Positions 25,565 through 36,720 of a DNA stretch of 64,000 nt are shown here, piece after piece. A model generated the notes under the pieces. The model was not told the DNA's origin. It saw only the letters and a list, made by a program, of their open reading frames with translations, and ran no database searches. This stretch comes from Lama glama (Eukaryota), in assembly GCA_028534125.1 (NCBI GenBank), contig CM052817.1, positions 93,188,001-93,252,000 on the forward strand, given 5' to 3'. The translations under genes were made by a program, and so were the position numbers. Positions within the stretch are counted from its first letter, which is position 1. Each line of letters opens with the position of its first letter.

Positions 25565-26335
25565 TTTGGGTCTTGATCCCTCTCTGTGTCTTGTCACAGC
25601 ACTGCAGGTATAGTAGTACAGTGTTCTGTGTCTGTCTATATATTTACCTTTAACGCAGGTTTTCTGGAGCTGCTGCAAGTTGCCCAGCTCTCTTTTGTTC
25701 TCAGTGGTCCCAGGCTTCCGGAGTATGCTGGGTCCCATCAGTTCTTTGAGTTGGGAGAGACAGAAATCGGATCCTCAGGCAGGCCCCGAAATGTCAGAAC
25801 ACTGACATGTGCTCTAACCGTTTCCCTCTCCAGGCAGAAGCGAGGAGTTAGGGTTTTTTCTCACACCGCTACCCTCCCCCACTGTTCCAGGGTGAGCCAA
25901 GGGGATGAGCTGCAGTGCGTGAGTCAGTGTTAGTTCAAACCTTTGCCTTTGTTCTCAGGTTCCAGACCTGATGCCCGTTCCTGCCTGCTCTTCGGTTCAG
26001 GCCAGACAGAAACCACTCCCCTGGGCAGCCCCCTGAAACGTCTGTCTGCTGGATGTATGTCTTCTGCTTCCTTCCCCAGGGAGAAGCCAGGAGCTGGGAG
26101 GTCTTTTTCTAAATCATGCTATGCTGTGCTTGCTGGAGGGACTATGGCAAATGGGGGCCGTGCATTTTTTTTACTGGAAGTGATGTGGTTTGATCATGCT
26201 CGCCTGGGATGTAGGTGCCTCAACTGTTTTTGGATTTCTTATAAAGGAAACTGGTCTGTGTATTGTTACTCAATCGGTGTCTCTGTGGAAGGATATAAGG
26301 CTTCCTATCCTGCCATCTGGCCGATGTCATTCCTA
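25565..26335 (-). mobile_element. Ancient L1 5' UTR/promoter fragment (L1M2/L1M3 5'-end-like)
   Basis: GC-richer block ending 'ggatttcttataaaggaaactggtctgtgtattgtt...ggcttcctatcctgccatctggccgatgtcattcc', the antisense of an L1 5' terminus with a decayed YY1 box; internal repeated 'gacagaaa...ggcag..ccc.gaaa' units. Confidence 0.75.
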
Positions 26336-26969
26336 AATGTCACCATATTTCGATTCATGGTTAAAAGTTGTGCTGAAATCCTAACGTGGGTGACACTGAA
26401 CTTCGAACAACTCAGTCCAGGAGACCTGCTGCAAAAAATAGTTTGGAAAAGGCCCAATGTGATTTTAGATAATCACTAATGAAAGATCTTGTTTTCTGGG
26501 AAAATTTACAAGGAGGAAAAGGACTCAGCCTGGGAAGAAACCCTTCTATTCCAACAATGATACAGCCCTGAAGAGCGACCAAGTAAGCAGGCCTTGAGCA
26601 GGGAGTGCTTTTATACAGATTGGAAAGGCTGTGGGACTGCGGTGATGACTGCTTTGTGATACATATATTTTCTTTTCAATGTTGTTTTGGAACTTCTAAT
26701 TCCCTTTTAAGTTTGCTGCCAAAAATTCTTAGAAGAAGAATGAAATCAATACAAATTGTTGAGAAGGACTGACTGTCCTATTCCTGGCTTTCGCACAGGA
26801 AGATTACTTAATAGTGATAAGGATATTTTGAAGTTGAAGAGAGAAGCTGTGAGTCAAAGGAAGCAGAACAAATAACTGGAAATAGCAGGTGGAGCAAGGG
26901 CTATCTCTCTTAAGGTTTTTGATGCATAAGAATTGAAGGTGGGGAGAATGTTCATTTCAAGAATTATTA

Positions 26970-27268
26970 GACGGGGGAGGGGATAAATTGGGAGTCAGAG
27001 ATTTGAAGATACTAACTGATATATATATATGTGTGTGTGTATATATATATATATGTATATAAAATAAACAAGTTCATGCTATATAATGCAGGGAAGTCTA
27101 TTTGATACCTTGTAGTAACTTACAGGGAAAAAAATATGAAAACAAGTATATGTATGTTGATGTATGACTGAAGCATTGTGCTGTACACCAGAAATCGACA
27201 AAACATTGTAGACTGACTATGCTTCAACAAAAAAAGACATATATATATATATATACAAGAAAAAAAAA
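26970..27268 (+). mobile_element. 5'-truncated L1 3' UTR (artiodactyl/camelid lineage) with internal TA/TG microsatellites
   Basis: 'gggagggataaattgggagt...tgtgctgtacaccagaaatcgacaaaacattgtagactgactatgcttcaac' plus A tail; homologous to 3894-4159. Confidence 0.9.
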
Positions 27269-27984
27269 GAAATTAAGGAGAAATGAGTTTTCTAAATCTT
27301 TTTCAAATAAATGTGTTCCAGTAGCATAGGGGTTCCAGAGAGCAGAAGGCAAGTGGCCATGGAGTGGAGGTAAAAGAACAAGAGAGAAATTGATGTGGAA
27401 AGAAGGAAGTGGTGATGGTTAGGAATGAGACCACCAAAAGTGAGAGTGATGTCGAGTAGCTAGCTACTTGGGGCTAATAATTGTGGATCATGACCTGGAA
27501 GAAGTTAGATTTTGGGTGGATCAGAAGGGATAGGACTGCTGAAGAGGTGAAGATTTTTTTTTACATACACGTGTGAAATTAACTAATCCCAAAGTACCCA
27601 TTTGAACTATTTCTGCTCAAAGATTTACTATCCAGGTGCTGACTTCTTAGCACTTAAGATTTCTTGGGCTTTTGTAATGATGATGGTGATGGGGCAAGCT
27701 GACGGAAATTTTAATAGTTTTTTTAACCAAAAGTAGAAATAATATAGAAGAACTCTTCTGACCTGGCATCCCTGTTTCAGAGTTAAAATTGGACCCTGCC
27801 CTCAGCCTTCTCAGTTAAAACTGCCTCCCAGCCACCTAGATATTGAAGCTACCTCCACGACAGCAAACTGCGATGCTGCGAAGCCAGCTCAGAGAAGAGC
27901 TCTTTCTCTCTTCACCACCCCAGACTTCCAGACCTCAAATAATGATGATGAAGTTCTTGGTAAAATTTTTATTTATAAAAAGAA

Positions 27985-28350
27985 TATAGCCACATTATAG
28001 AAATTCTGAAAAACAGAGGAAACAATAGCTTTGCTTCAGCTATCATCTACCTTCTTAAGAGAATCAGTGATGTAAATTTGGCATATTCATTCTGGAAATT
28101 CATAATCTTAAATTTTTCGATCCTGTAATAAATTTAGTTTTGCACTTTGCTTTTTTGTGTATTAACTTATGGCTATCATTTTCCATGATTGCATAAAATT
28201 ACCTTTATTTACCGGTCTTTAACAGTTCTTATGCATTACACACTTACTGGTTTTGCACTTCCATTAATATCAACCACTGAATATCTTTGTACATTTAACT
28301 TTTTCTGTATTTGGGTCATTTCTCTAGGGAAGTATCTCAGATGTGTTTAA
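27985..28350 (-). mobile_element. Old L1 (L1ME-like) 3' fragment
   Basis: 'ctgaatatctttgtacatttaactttt...catttctctagggaagtatctcag'. Confidence 0.55.
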
Positions 28351-28389
28351 AAAATGTAAAATATTATTATTTAAAAATTCTTTATGTGA

Positions 28390-28555
28390 CTTTGCTAAAC
28401 ACTTTAGGTGCATTTTTTTTAATCACTATAGAGATATATGAGGTTGGTATTTTAACGCCATTTATGAATCTTAAGTCGAGAGAGGGGAACTAGCTTACTC
28501 TAGATCACACAGCTGGCAGATGGATAAAACTGGGTATGAAACCAAAGCAGAGAAC
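28390..28555 (-). mobile_element. MIR SINE
   Basis: 'agagaggggaactagcttactctagatcacacagctggcagatgg...ctgggtatgaaacc'. Confidence 0.75.
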
Positions 28556-28745
28556 AATGACTGAGGAGTTAAAACTGTGTACAAGTTGCAACCCAGTAAG
28601 AAGGTGGACCTGGAGTTTGCTGTTGATATCTGCAGTTTCAATGCATTTTAAAGGGAAAAATCAGCCTTTTGACCTTAGTGCTATTCTGCTCTGTGCAGGG
28701 AACCTAATAGAGCTATATGCCTCCAGCAACTAAAGAATCATATCA

Positions 28746-28944
28746 CTTCAAAATTGTAGAATAGATAAACAAGATTACACTGTATAGCACAGGGAAATAT
28801 ACACAAAATGTTATGATAACTCACAGGGAAAAAAATGTGACAATGAGTGTATATATGTCCATGAATGACTGAAAAATTGTGCTGAACACTGGACTTTGAC
28901 ACAACGTTGTAAAATGATTATAAATCAATAAAAAATGTTAAAAA
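28746..28944 (+). mobile_element. Young 5'-truncated camelid-type L1 3' end
   Basis: Perfect 14-bp TSD aaagaatcatatca (28732-28745 / 28945-28958); 'actgtatagcacagggaaatat...aatcaataaaaaatgttaaaa'. Confidence 0.95.
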
Positions 28945-30431
28945 AAAGAATCATATCAAAACATTCATTTTATCACTCATTCCTTTAGACTAAGAAAAGA
29001 CTGCAGAATGTTAACAGAGGAAATAGACACTTTATGCATTTAGGTAGCTTTGATTATTGGTTTCATGGATGACTATATATTTCCATATATTTGAAACTAA
29101 AAGTTTTAAAGACTGCATCTCAGGCTTAACTTAATTCACTGATACCTATTTTTCTTTTTTTGATGATATCCTTTTAATCATGGATATCTTATAGAGGTGT
29201 AGTTACTTGTAGAATTAATCTTCTGCTAACTGAATAACAACTATAGATGTTTATAAGTTCACAATTGAACCCAACCAGCTTAAAAATTAAATTGCCATGA
29301 CCAAAATTAAGTAAAAGTGTTCAGGAAGGATGTGTCCCAAAAAATAATGTATCTACCCTGAAATGGAAGCCTCATTAAATGAATATGGATAAATAAATCA
29401 AAATTCCACTAGTGCATTATAGATAGAGAAAAAGATTATCCAGGATTTTTTTTTCTATAGAAACTATTACCTGCACTTTAGCTACCAGGCAAGGTCAGCT
29501 CTTGCCCAGCAATCAGTTTGGATCCTTTTAATCTCTAACCAGTATTCTTTACATTAGCAATAAGCCCAAAAATATGATCTGAAACCAAGCTTACAGACGT
29601 TCATTTTTCTTTCTTCTGATTTCTTACACAGATTCATCATAAGCAGAATGAAATTCAGTCCTATGGAAAGAATTTTAGAAGCATCTTCAGTGAAGCGAAG
29701 TAATATGGGAAGAATGAAAAAAAAATCATTCACTAGAAAAAGAAAGGACAGGTTTTTAAAATTCTAACAGGAAAATACCCTGCTGCTGCCTAAGAAATGG
29801 ATCATTACGCAGCATCCCACTAGATGGTGAAGTCATTCCTTCGTCTCCCTAAAGCACGTGTGCCGCAGTTAGACATGTCTTTTCTTCAGCAGATCTGACA
29901 TAATTGGTTCAAGTCTAGAAGAGACTAAGCTTTCTCTCCTCCTACTGTTTGCTACCTTTTTTCTCAGGGTGCCTTCCCTTTAGTTTCCTTGCCTGAGATT
30001 TTTTATAAGTTTGTAAACATAAACATTGAGGGACAAAATCTTAAGAGAAGTATCACTTGTAATGCTTATGAATATTTAAGTTAAAATACATATTCTATAT
30101 CAAATCCGGTGAAAAGTCTTTGCTATTTAAAGTGGATACATAGCAAATGTCCCTTTATAAAATCGATGTATTTTACAAAAAGAGCTTTTCCAGGATCTTG
30201 AGCTCATAGTTGTCAGAACTGACTGAATACAATGGGCTTGATTTTGTCATTTCACAGCCACTCTTGGAAATACAGAAATATAGCTAATGGTGTAATCAGA
30301 ACACATCACATAGATTTATATTGTTGGAATGAATGGTAAGGCCGGCAGGTTCCTGAAGGAAGGGTGGGAATCAAACAGACTATAGGCTGAGTCCAAGAAA
30401 GTACATCACTTCTTGGTGGGGAAAATAAACC

Positions 30432-30900
30432 AAGAGCGAAGTTCCCTTCCCAAGAAGAAGATGCTGTAGACAGAACCGGAAGTACAAAGTGTTGATTGGG
30501 AAAATGCCTGTGAAGGCTGTAGGGGAGAAAAAAGAGGGAGAGGGAACAGAAGTAGGCAGGGAGAGCCCTCAGATGACATTCAGGTATGGTTCTTGTCAAA
30601 GGAGGGAGGAAAGGAAGGAGGACTGGGTGAGAAAGGTCTCAGACTGCATGCAGTGCATCTCCTAGGACTTAATGCCAAGTCTAGGCCCGGCCAGCGAGAA
30701 GCCCCACTGCAAAGATCGTTCCTTAGAAGAGTCCCACGTCAAGAAGAAACTACGTGGCTCTAGTACCACAACTGTGCTCATTCATTAGCCGGCAGAAGCC
30801 AGGGAACTTATGGCCTAATTGAGAACACATCAGTGGATCCCAAAGGTGTGGCCACTGGGTCACTCTTGAAGGGAAATCACGTACCTCCAAGACCACCACA
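30432..30900 (-). mobile_element. ERVL solo LTR, LTR16B-like
   Basis: 'ggcagggagagccctcaga...ctcagactgca...ggctctagtacc...gtgctcattcattagc...gtggatcccaaaggtgtggc...ctcttgaaggga...ccaccaca'. Confidence 0.8.
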
Positions 30901-31327
30901 CCACTTCCATCGCCACATTATAAATCTGCCCTCTTCCATCTATTTCCCCAAACTTGACGAAGTCCAGAACAGAGATGAAAAATTTATAGTAAAGCTTTCC
31001 CTTGTGCGCATGATAGACCTCACTCATCAGTCACTGTCGTCTTTCCTGCTGATCTCAGACACAGACACATGATTCTTCTCCACACAGCTCCCAAGAAGCC
31101 ACTATAATAGATGTGACATGTGAGATGAAACCTGACGGCTGCTTCCGGCTGCGTCTCTGACCTTCCTCTGTGGATAGGAGCAAGGATATAAGGCTAGGAG
31201 CAGCATGGGATGGTACAAAAGTGAAATTTGAGTTTCAGAGATGGATGCTCTGCTGGACCTCAACACATTTCCAGTATTTACAGGACTTCTCTCGAAAATA
31301 TATACACTATGCTGAGAAATATATAAA

Positions 31328-31364
<37 letters not shown>

Positions 31365-31405
31365 GCACATATATACATGCAATACACACACACATATATA
31401 TATAC
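31328..31405. repeat. Compound (TG)n(TA)n(CA)n microsatellite
   Basis: Read directly from sequence. Confidence 0.95.
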
Positions 31406-32985
31406 TTTTTTTTTCAGCAAGAAAGCATACTGTTAATATACCTACACCCTTTTGGTAGACAAAGCCTTCAACTTCTACACTATGTTTCTTCTATCCTATA
31501 TAAGTGGCTTCTGTATTCTGAGGGTGGGACTCAGCTGCCTGCTTCTCCAAACTGTCAGCCCCAAATGCTTTGCTGACACTGCACTTCTCGGCATATCTGT
31601 GTGCGTTGTTCCCAGCACAATTGGAAGCAAGTCAGAAATGACTGCCTCAAGGTTTGCAGCCTTTTACAGAGCACTTGGCATAATCTTCACATTATGGATA
31701 TTATTCTTTAATGCCAAAATGGAATAATACCATTACAGTGGAGATCAAATTGGGTTTTGCCCATCCACTTCTAACATCTTTTTGAAAATTTTCATTTCCT
31801 CAAGTTCCCCCTGGTTGGGGAAGGAAAAAAAAAAATTCCCTGGAGCAGGAGCTCTCTAAAGAGTTATGCTTATGTATTAAATTCTTGCCACTGGGCAAAT
31901 CTCCTGACACAGAAAGATTTATTCTAAAACTTTCATAAATAATCCCATCTCTTTTCATATAATTCTCTCTGCATTCTAATTTTATTTTTAAGAAAGGCGA
32001 GAACAAATTTGATGGCCACTATTCTTATGAGATGAAGCTGGTTTAACCTGAGCTGAGAATAGCTCCCGTGGCCCTTCTCAGTATTTTTTCCCCCAAATCT
32101 TTATCAATGTGTCAAGTGGAATTTATGTGTCCTGACTTGATTGGATTTTTGAAAGGAAAAGGAGTTGGCAATCCTAAATTACTCACTTACGACTCAGTGT
32201 GGGGTTATTCTGAAACACAGTGTGGTTCAAGCAGATCCGGGGATGTGGGCTGAAAGCCAGTTTTTGTTGGGTTGTCTGGAGAAGTGAATTTGGCTCCGGG
32301 TCAGCACCATTAAAGGCATTTAAAATTTGCATGTGAATATGTGTGCTTAATTTTTTAACAAGTTAAGGCCTGACTGAGTAATTAGGCAGAAAAGGAGCAG
32401 AAAAGGATTTGTACCCTTGATAGGAGGGAGTGGAAATGCTGGGCTGAAGCACACCTCCTTGACATAAGGGTACTGGAAAAATAGAATCAATGCAATGTTT
32501 GCTGTAGTCATTGCATCCAAGCCCATGGGGTTGCTGAGTCTCACCAGCAAATCTGTTGCAGAGGTGCCACATTTGTGCTAAGGCTTCTTGTGTGGCATGC
32601 CTAGGAAAGTGTAGGGGTGGCAGTGGCGACGGCTGAGAGGAGTTAGTGCCTGAGGTCTTCAATTATCCTGCTCTGGGGTCTGCCCACTTCCCTTTGTATC
32701 CACTTGCCTTCATGGATTACACAGAGGGTGGAGAGGCTCCATTACAGGAAAAGGACCAAGATCCAGATTTTGTTTTAGAGTAGGCTTTATGCCTACAGAC
32801 CCACTTTAAATGTTTGGTTGAGTGGCTTCCTTATCTAATAACAACCAGATGGCAGAGGGCCCTTCGAGGACTCTGAGAAAGAGATCCCCAGAAGAGGAGA
32901 GGGAATTTTACTCACAGAGCCAGACCCTACCACGGACCCTCAGCTGTAAGCAGACTGGTTTCAGGTATGTGTACAGATACTGTGA

Positions 32986-33163
32986 CAGGGTTGACTTCAA
33001 GGGCACACGGTCTGTGCAGACACAAAAGGACCCACCCTCAGGAGAGCCCTGCACTTGGTTTAGGACTCTGCTGAAACACTCTCTTAAAATGCTTAGTAAT
33101 TTTGAACAAGATGCTCTGCATTTTCATTTTGCACTGAGCCCCACCAATTATGTAGTGGTCCTG
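32986..33163 (+). mobile_element. MER53 hAT-type MITE
   Basis: CAGGG...CCTG termini and 'aattttgaacaag...gcattttcattttgcactgagcccc..caattatgtag' match MER53. Confidence 0.88.
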
Positions 33164-35642
33164 ATGGCAACTCTTGCCCTGGGCCCTCCCCAGCTCCCAT
33201 CTATTTGAAATAGGCCTTCACTTAAGGGGTTTCTCCCCTGGTGGAAATACTGTACGGTGGGGGTAGGATTAAAGGTTGATCCTTAACTGGCTTATTTCTC
33301 CCTAAAACTGAATCAGAAGAAGGCTACTTGTTCAGGGGTCAGGGGAAGAAGTAATTGAATTACTATTGGATTACCTCCTTGATCTTTCGTAAGAAAAATG
33401 ACATCATTGAACCTAATAACAATTTTCTGACCAGAGGGCATCGATCAGTACAAAAAAAAACACTTTTCAATTTCAATTAAGGAGTGCAATTAAATCTCTG
33501 AAATACCCTTGCTGACACAAGAACTCCCATCTCAGGCTGAGCCTAAACTTTTTAGTATGCCTTCTTGACTTCTACTTCCAAGGGGGAAAAAAAAAAGTAA
33601 TAATCTGCCAATACAGAGTAAGAAAGTAGGCTCGAGAATCCTGGATTGGGTCTAAATTTGTACAAAGTGTGAGATGAAATCTAATCTTCGGATCCCCAGT
33701 AGGAGGCATGGCTGGGACGAGAATGTCTAGAGAGCTGACACGTCGCACACATTTAGAAGATTTCGTTTCTATAGCTATAGTCTGATCCAGGCTGGGTTCA
33801 TGTCTGGTCAAAGTCTGCACATAGTGCTGTAGTTTGCACTGTCCCCCAGCTGTCTCTCTTGGTTTTTCAGTAGTCTTTGTTTAGCTGTTCTAAGGCAAGG
33901 GCTGTCTAAATGGCTTAGTTTTGTACACGTGTTTCAATGCCACAGGTTCCTCTGAAGTAAACGGAATGATTATTTCCCCTCACTTCAGCCTTTCCTTTTG
34001 TCAGAGACAGGAATAGTTATAAAAAGAATAAATACAAATCTTTAATCAAATTGGAAATACTGTTTCATTTTATCTTTGTAAAAATTAAGCCAGATAATAT
34101 TTTTCTTAGAGTTTCAGTGGAAGGATTTCACACTTAAAGGGCACCTAGTACAATCACCAGGTAGGAAATACTTCTTTTGAAGGAGAGATATTAATTGAGA
34201 ACATGAAAGTAAGTCTAAGGGACCGCGTTAACGGGGGTGTCAGCCTTGGAAGAAAAATTGCAGCAGCTGTGAAGTGAGAAACACCCACATGATTAGTCAC
34301 ATGGATAGCGATCCTATGCAGGAATTTCATCTTTAAAATCACAAAATAATGTAAACATAAAGTCCCTCTGACATTGTTTAATGAATAAACCCTCTTTTAA
34401 TATTTTAGATTTTGGACGAATAGATGAGCATGCAAAAGTTTGAAATTGGGTTAGAGCTCTGTAAAATGTTGTGTTTACTTATTTATTTTTATTGCTTGAG
34501 CTGAAAGACAAAGAAAGCAAGGGACTTGGAATATAAATCAGAATCTTATTTAAAAGAGCAAGGTTAAAGTCTCTAGGAAGTACTTGAGCAACTACCTACA
34601 GATGCATGTTTTCATTTTTCCCCAAATTATCTTCTGCTTTTTCAAAGCTATAAGATAGGAACGGAGATTATAAGAACAGTTTGCAAAAACTCATTCTTAA
34701 ATCCCTTCTCCTGGCTTCTGAGACTCCCCTGGGAGATGCTCTTGTGTTAGAGAGAGTATTTCTGAGAATTTAATTGTGTTCCTTAGCATAAAAGCAGACC
34801 TGTCTGAAACACTTCAGAACAATTAGCAAATTGTCATCCATTTTCTTCTTCTTAGGCACTGGCCCCTGGGAAAAAATGGAGAACTGTCACAGTGGTAATT
34901 GCAGGCATTCTTTTTCCTTTACTTTTTCCAGCTGACTCCTAATCCAAGCCTCATGCAAATACAGTTTTAGGGTTTGTAGAAAAAAGAGCAAAATTTAGCC
35001 TCAAAGAGCCAAACTTATTTTCCGGTTCCATGGTTTCCACCCTCTTGGTATTTCACACAGGAACTGATTTCCATTTCATACCCCTGAGAAGGAGTATTAT
35101 CATATCATCATGAAGAACTAAATTAGCTCCTATTATCCCTGAGCCGGGAGTGTAAGGCCGGCCAATTGGAATTTATCCTTGCTGATCTTAGAGCCTGAAC
35201 TGCTGGGGAACAGTGAAGCCAGGCAGCCAACCAAGAGGTACCTAGCGTCCCTCCTGAGGACAGAAAAAAATGACTGTCATTCAGGTCCTGATAAAAAGAA
35301 GGGTAATTTCATGCCAAATGACATTAGCAGTGTGATCTGAATCTTTTATAATTAATTATTATTTGCAAGCACAAATGCCCTTGAGAAAGGTCAGTATCCC
35401 TCACTTTTAACTTCTCATCATTAGCGATCGCTCTTGATGCAAAGGCCTTGTGAGATGGCAGTAGCTTCCTGGAGGCTCAAGCCTCTCGCTGGGGAAATAG
35501 GTCAGTCATCATCACCTCCTGTTGGTCCTTTGAGGAGCTTTCTTGTCTTCTCCACTCTTGCCCTATACATTCCAATTTCTCTGTCTGGGCCAGTGAGGGA
35601 GTCACAGGGGCTGGAAGTAGTGTTACTGTCAGGTCGGCAAGG

Positions 35643-36720
35643 TGTGCAGAAACAGTTAACAGAGTAGGTCTGAGACCGCTACCATCCTTAGACAAGATAG
35701 CAAGTTAGGCCTGCTTGCAAGGTTGGCCCTTGGATGACATCTGGGACTTTGGGAGGAGTTTCCATCATTCCCAGAATGACAAGAGTGAGACCCAAAGTGC
35801 CTAAAGTGTTTGTACAATAATACGGATTATACTGGACACCTGTTTTCCTTCTGGGAGTCTGGAATTTTGGCATGTGCTTGATAGAGGGGGCCTATTGTTA
35901 TAGGGAGGCACAAATTTGACTCCACGTTGGATCTGTTCCTTTAACTCTAACCCTGTGTTCTGTTTCCTGTGCTTAGTTGTACTGATTCTGCATCTTTTGT
36001 AAAACATTGTTACCTATAGCCTGAAACATGCAGGATAGCCCATTCTCAAGGCTCTGCCCTTTAAAGCTATAACAGTTTTCCATTTATATAAAGATAAAAA
36101 GTTGCGGAACAGAGAATAACGTTTGTCTTGTTGGAGATTTATAGGAACATCATGACCTGACATACGTGGACAGCTGCAAGAACAAAACATTCTGACACCA
36201 AGAAGTTTGCAACAAACGACTACACCCCCTCCCCTTTTTAGTATAAAAGGAATCTAAATTTTGACTTGGGTAAGATGGTTCTCCAGGATATTAGTCCTCC
36301 ATCTTCTCAGTCCATTGGCTTTCTCAATAAAGCTGTTATTCCTTTCCCCAACACCCTGTCTCCTGATTTATTGGCCCGTTGTTTGGTAAGCAAGATGAGA
36401 TTGGACTTGGTAACACTTTGATCAGCCCCCAGTGAAAGCCTTGGGCACTGAGTCTCTAATGAGCTTCACTGGTAGACAACATTTCACACGTGTTGTTGGA
36501 GGAATTAAGTTAATCCTATGTGAGTCTTCTGGGAAAGGATTCTTGGAAGCCTGTGTCTGGTTCCCTCCAGACCTTGTCCCATGTGCTTTATCTTTTGCTG
36601 ATTTTGCTTTGCAGCTTTTCACTGTAATAAATCACAGCCATGGATATAACTATATGCTGGATCCTGTGAGTTCTAATGAATCATCAAGCCTGGGGGTGGT
36701 CGTGAGGACCCCTCAGCACA
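35643..36720 (+). mobile_element. MER21A-like solo LTR, interrupted by LTR 35896-36415
   Basis: Starts 'tgtgcagaaacagttaaca', contains 'gggcactgagtctctaatgagcttc', ends 'gacccctcagcaca'; perfect 5-bp TSD CAAGG (35638-35642 / 36721-36725). Confidence 0.92.
35896..36415 (+). mobile_element. ERV1 solo LTR (MER4-group, LTR39-like) nested in MER21
   Basis: TG...CA, TATAAAA near 36243, AATAAA near 36327, flanks ctat/cttt; homologous to 22882-23402. Confidence 0.92.

Noticed and set aside
22882..36415. Full provirus bounded by the two related LTRs
   Set aside because: LTRs are inverted, have different TSDs, and enclose MIR/L2/L1 and unique DNA rather than gag-pol-env
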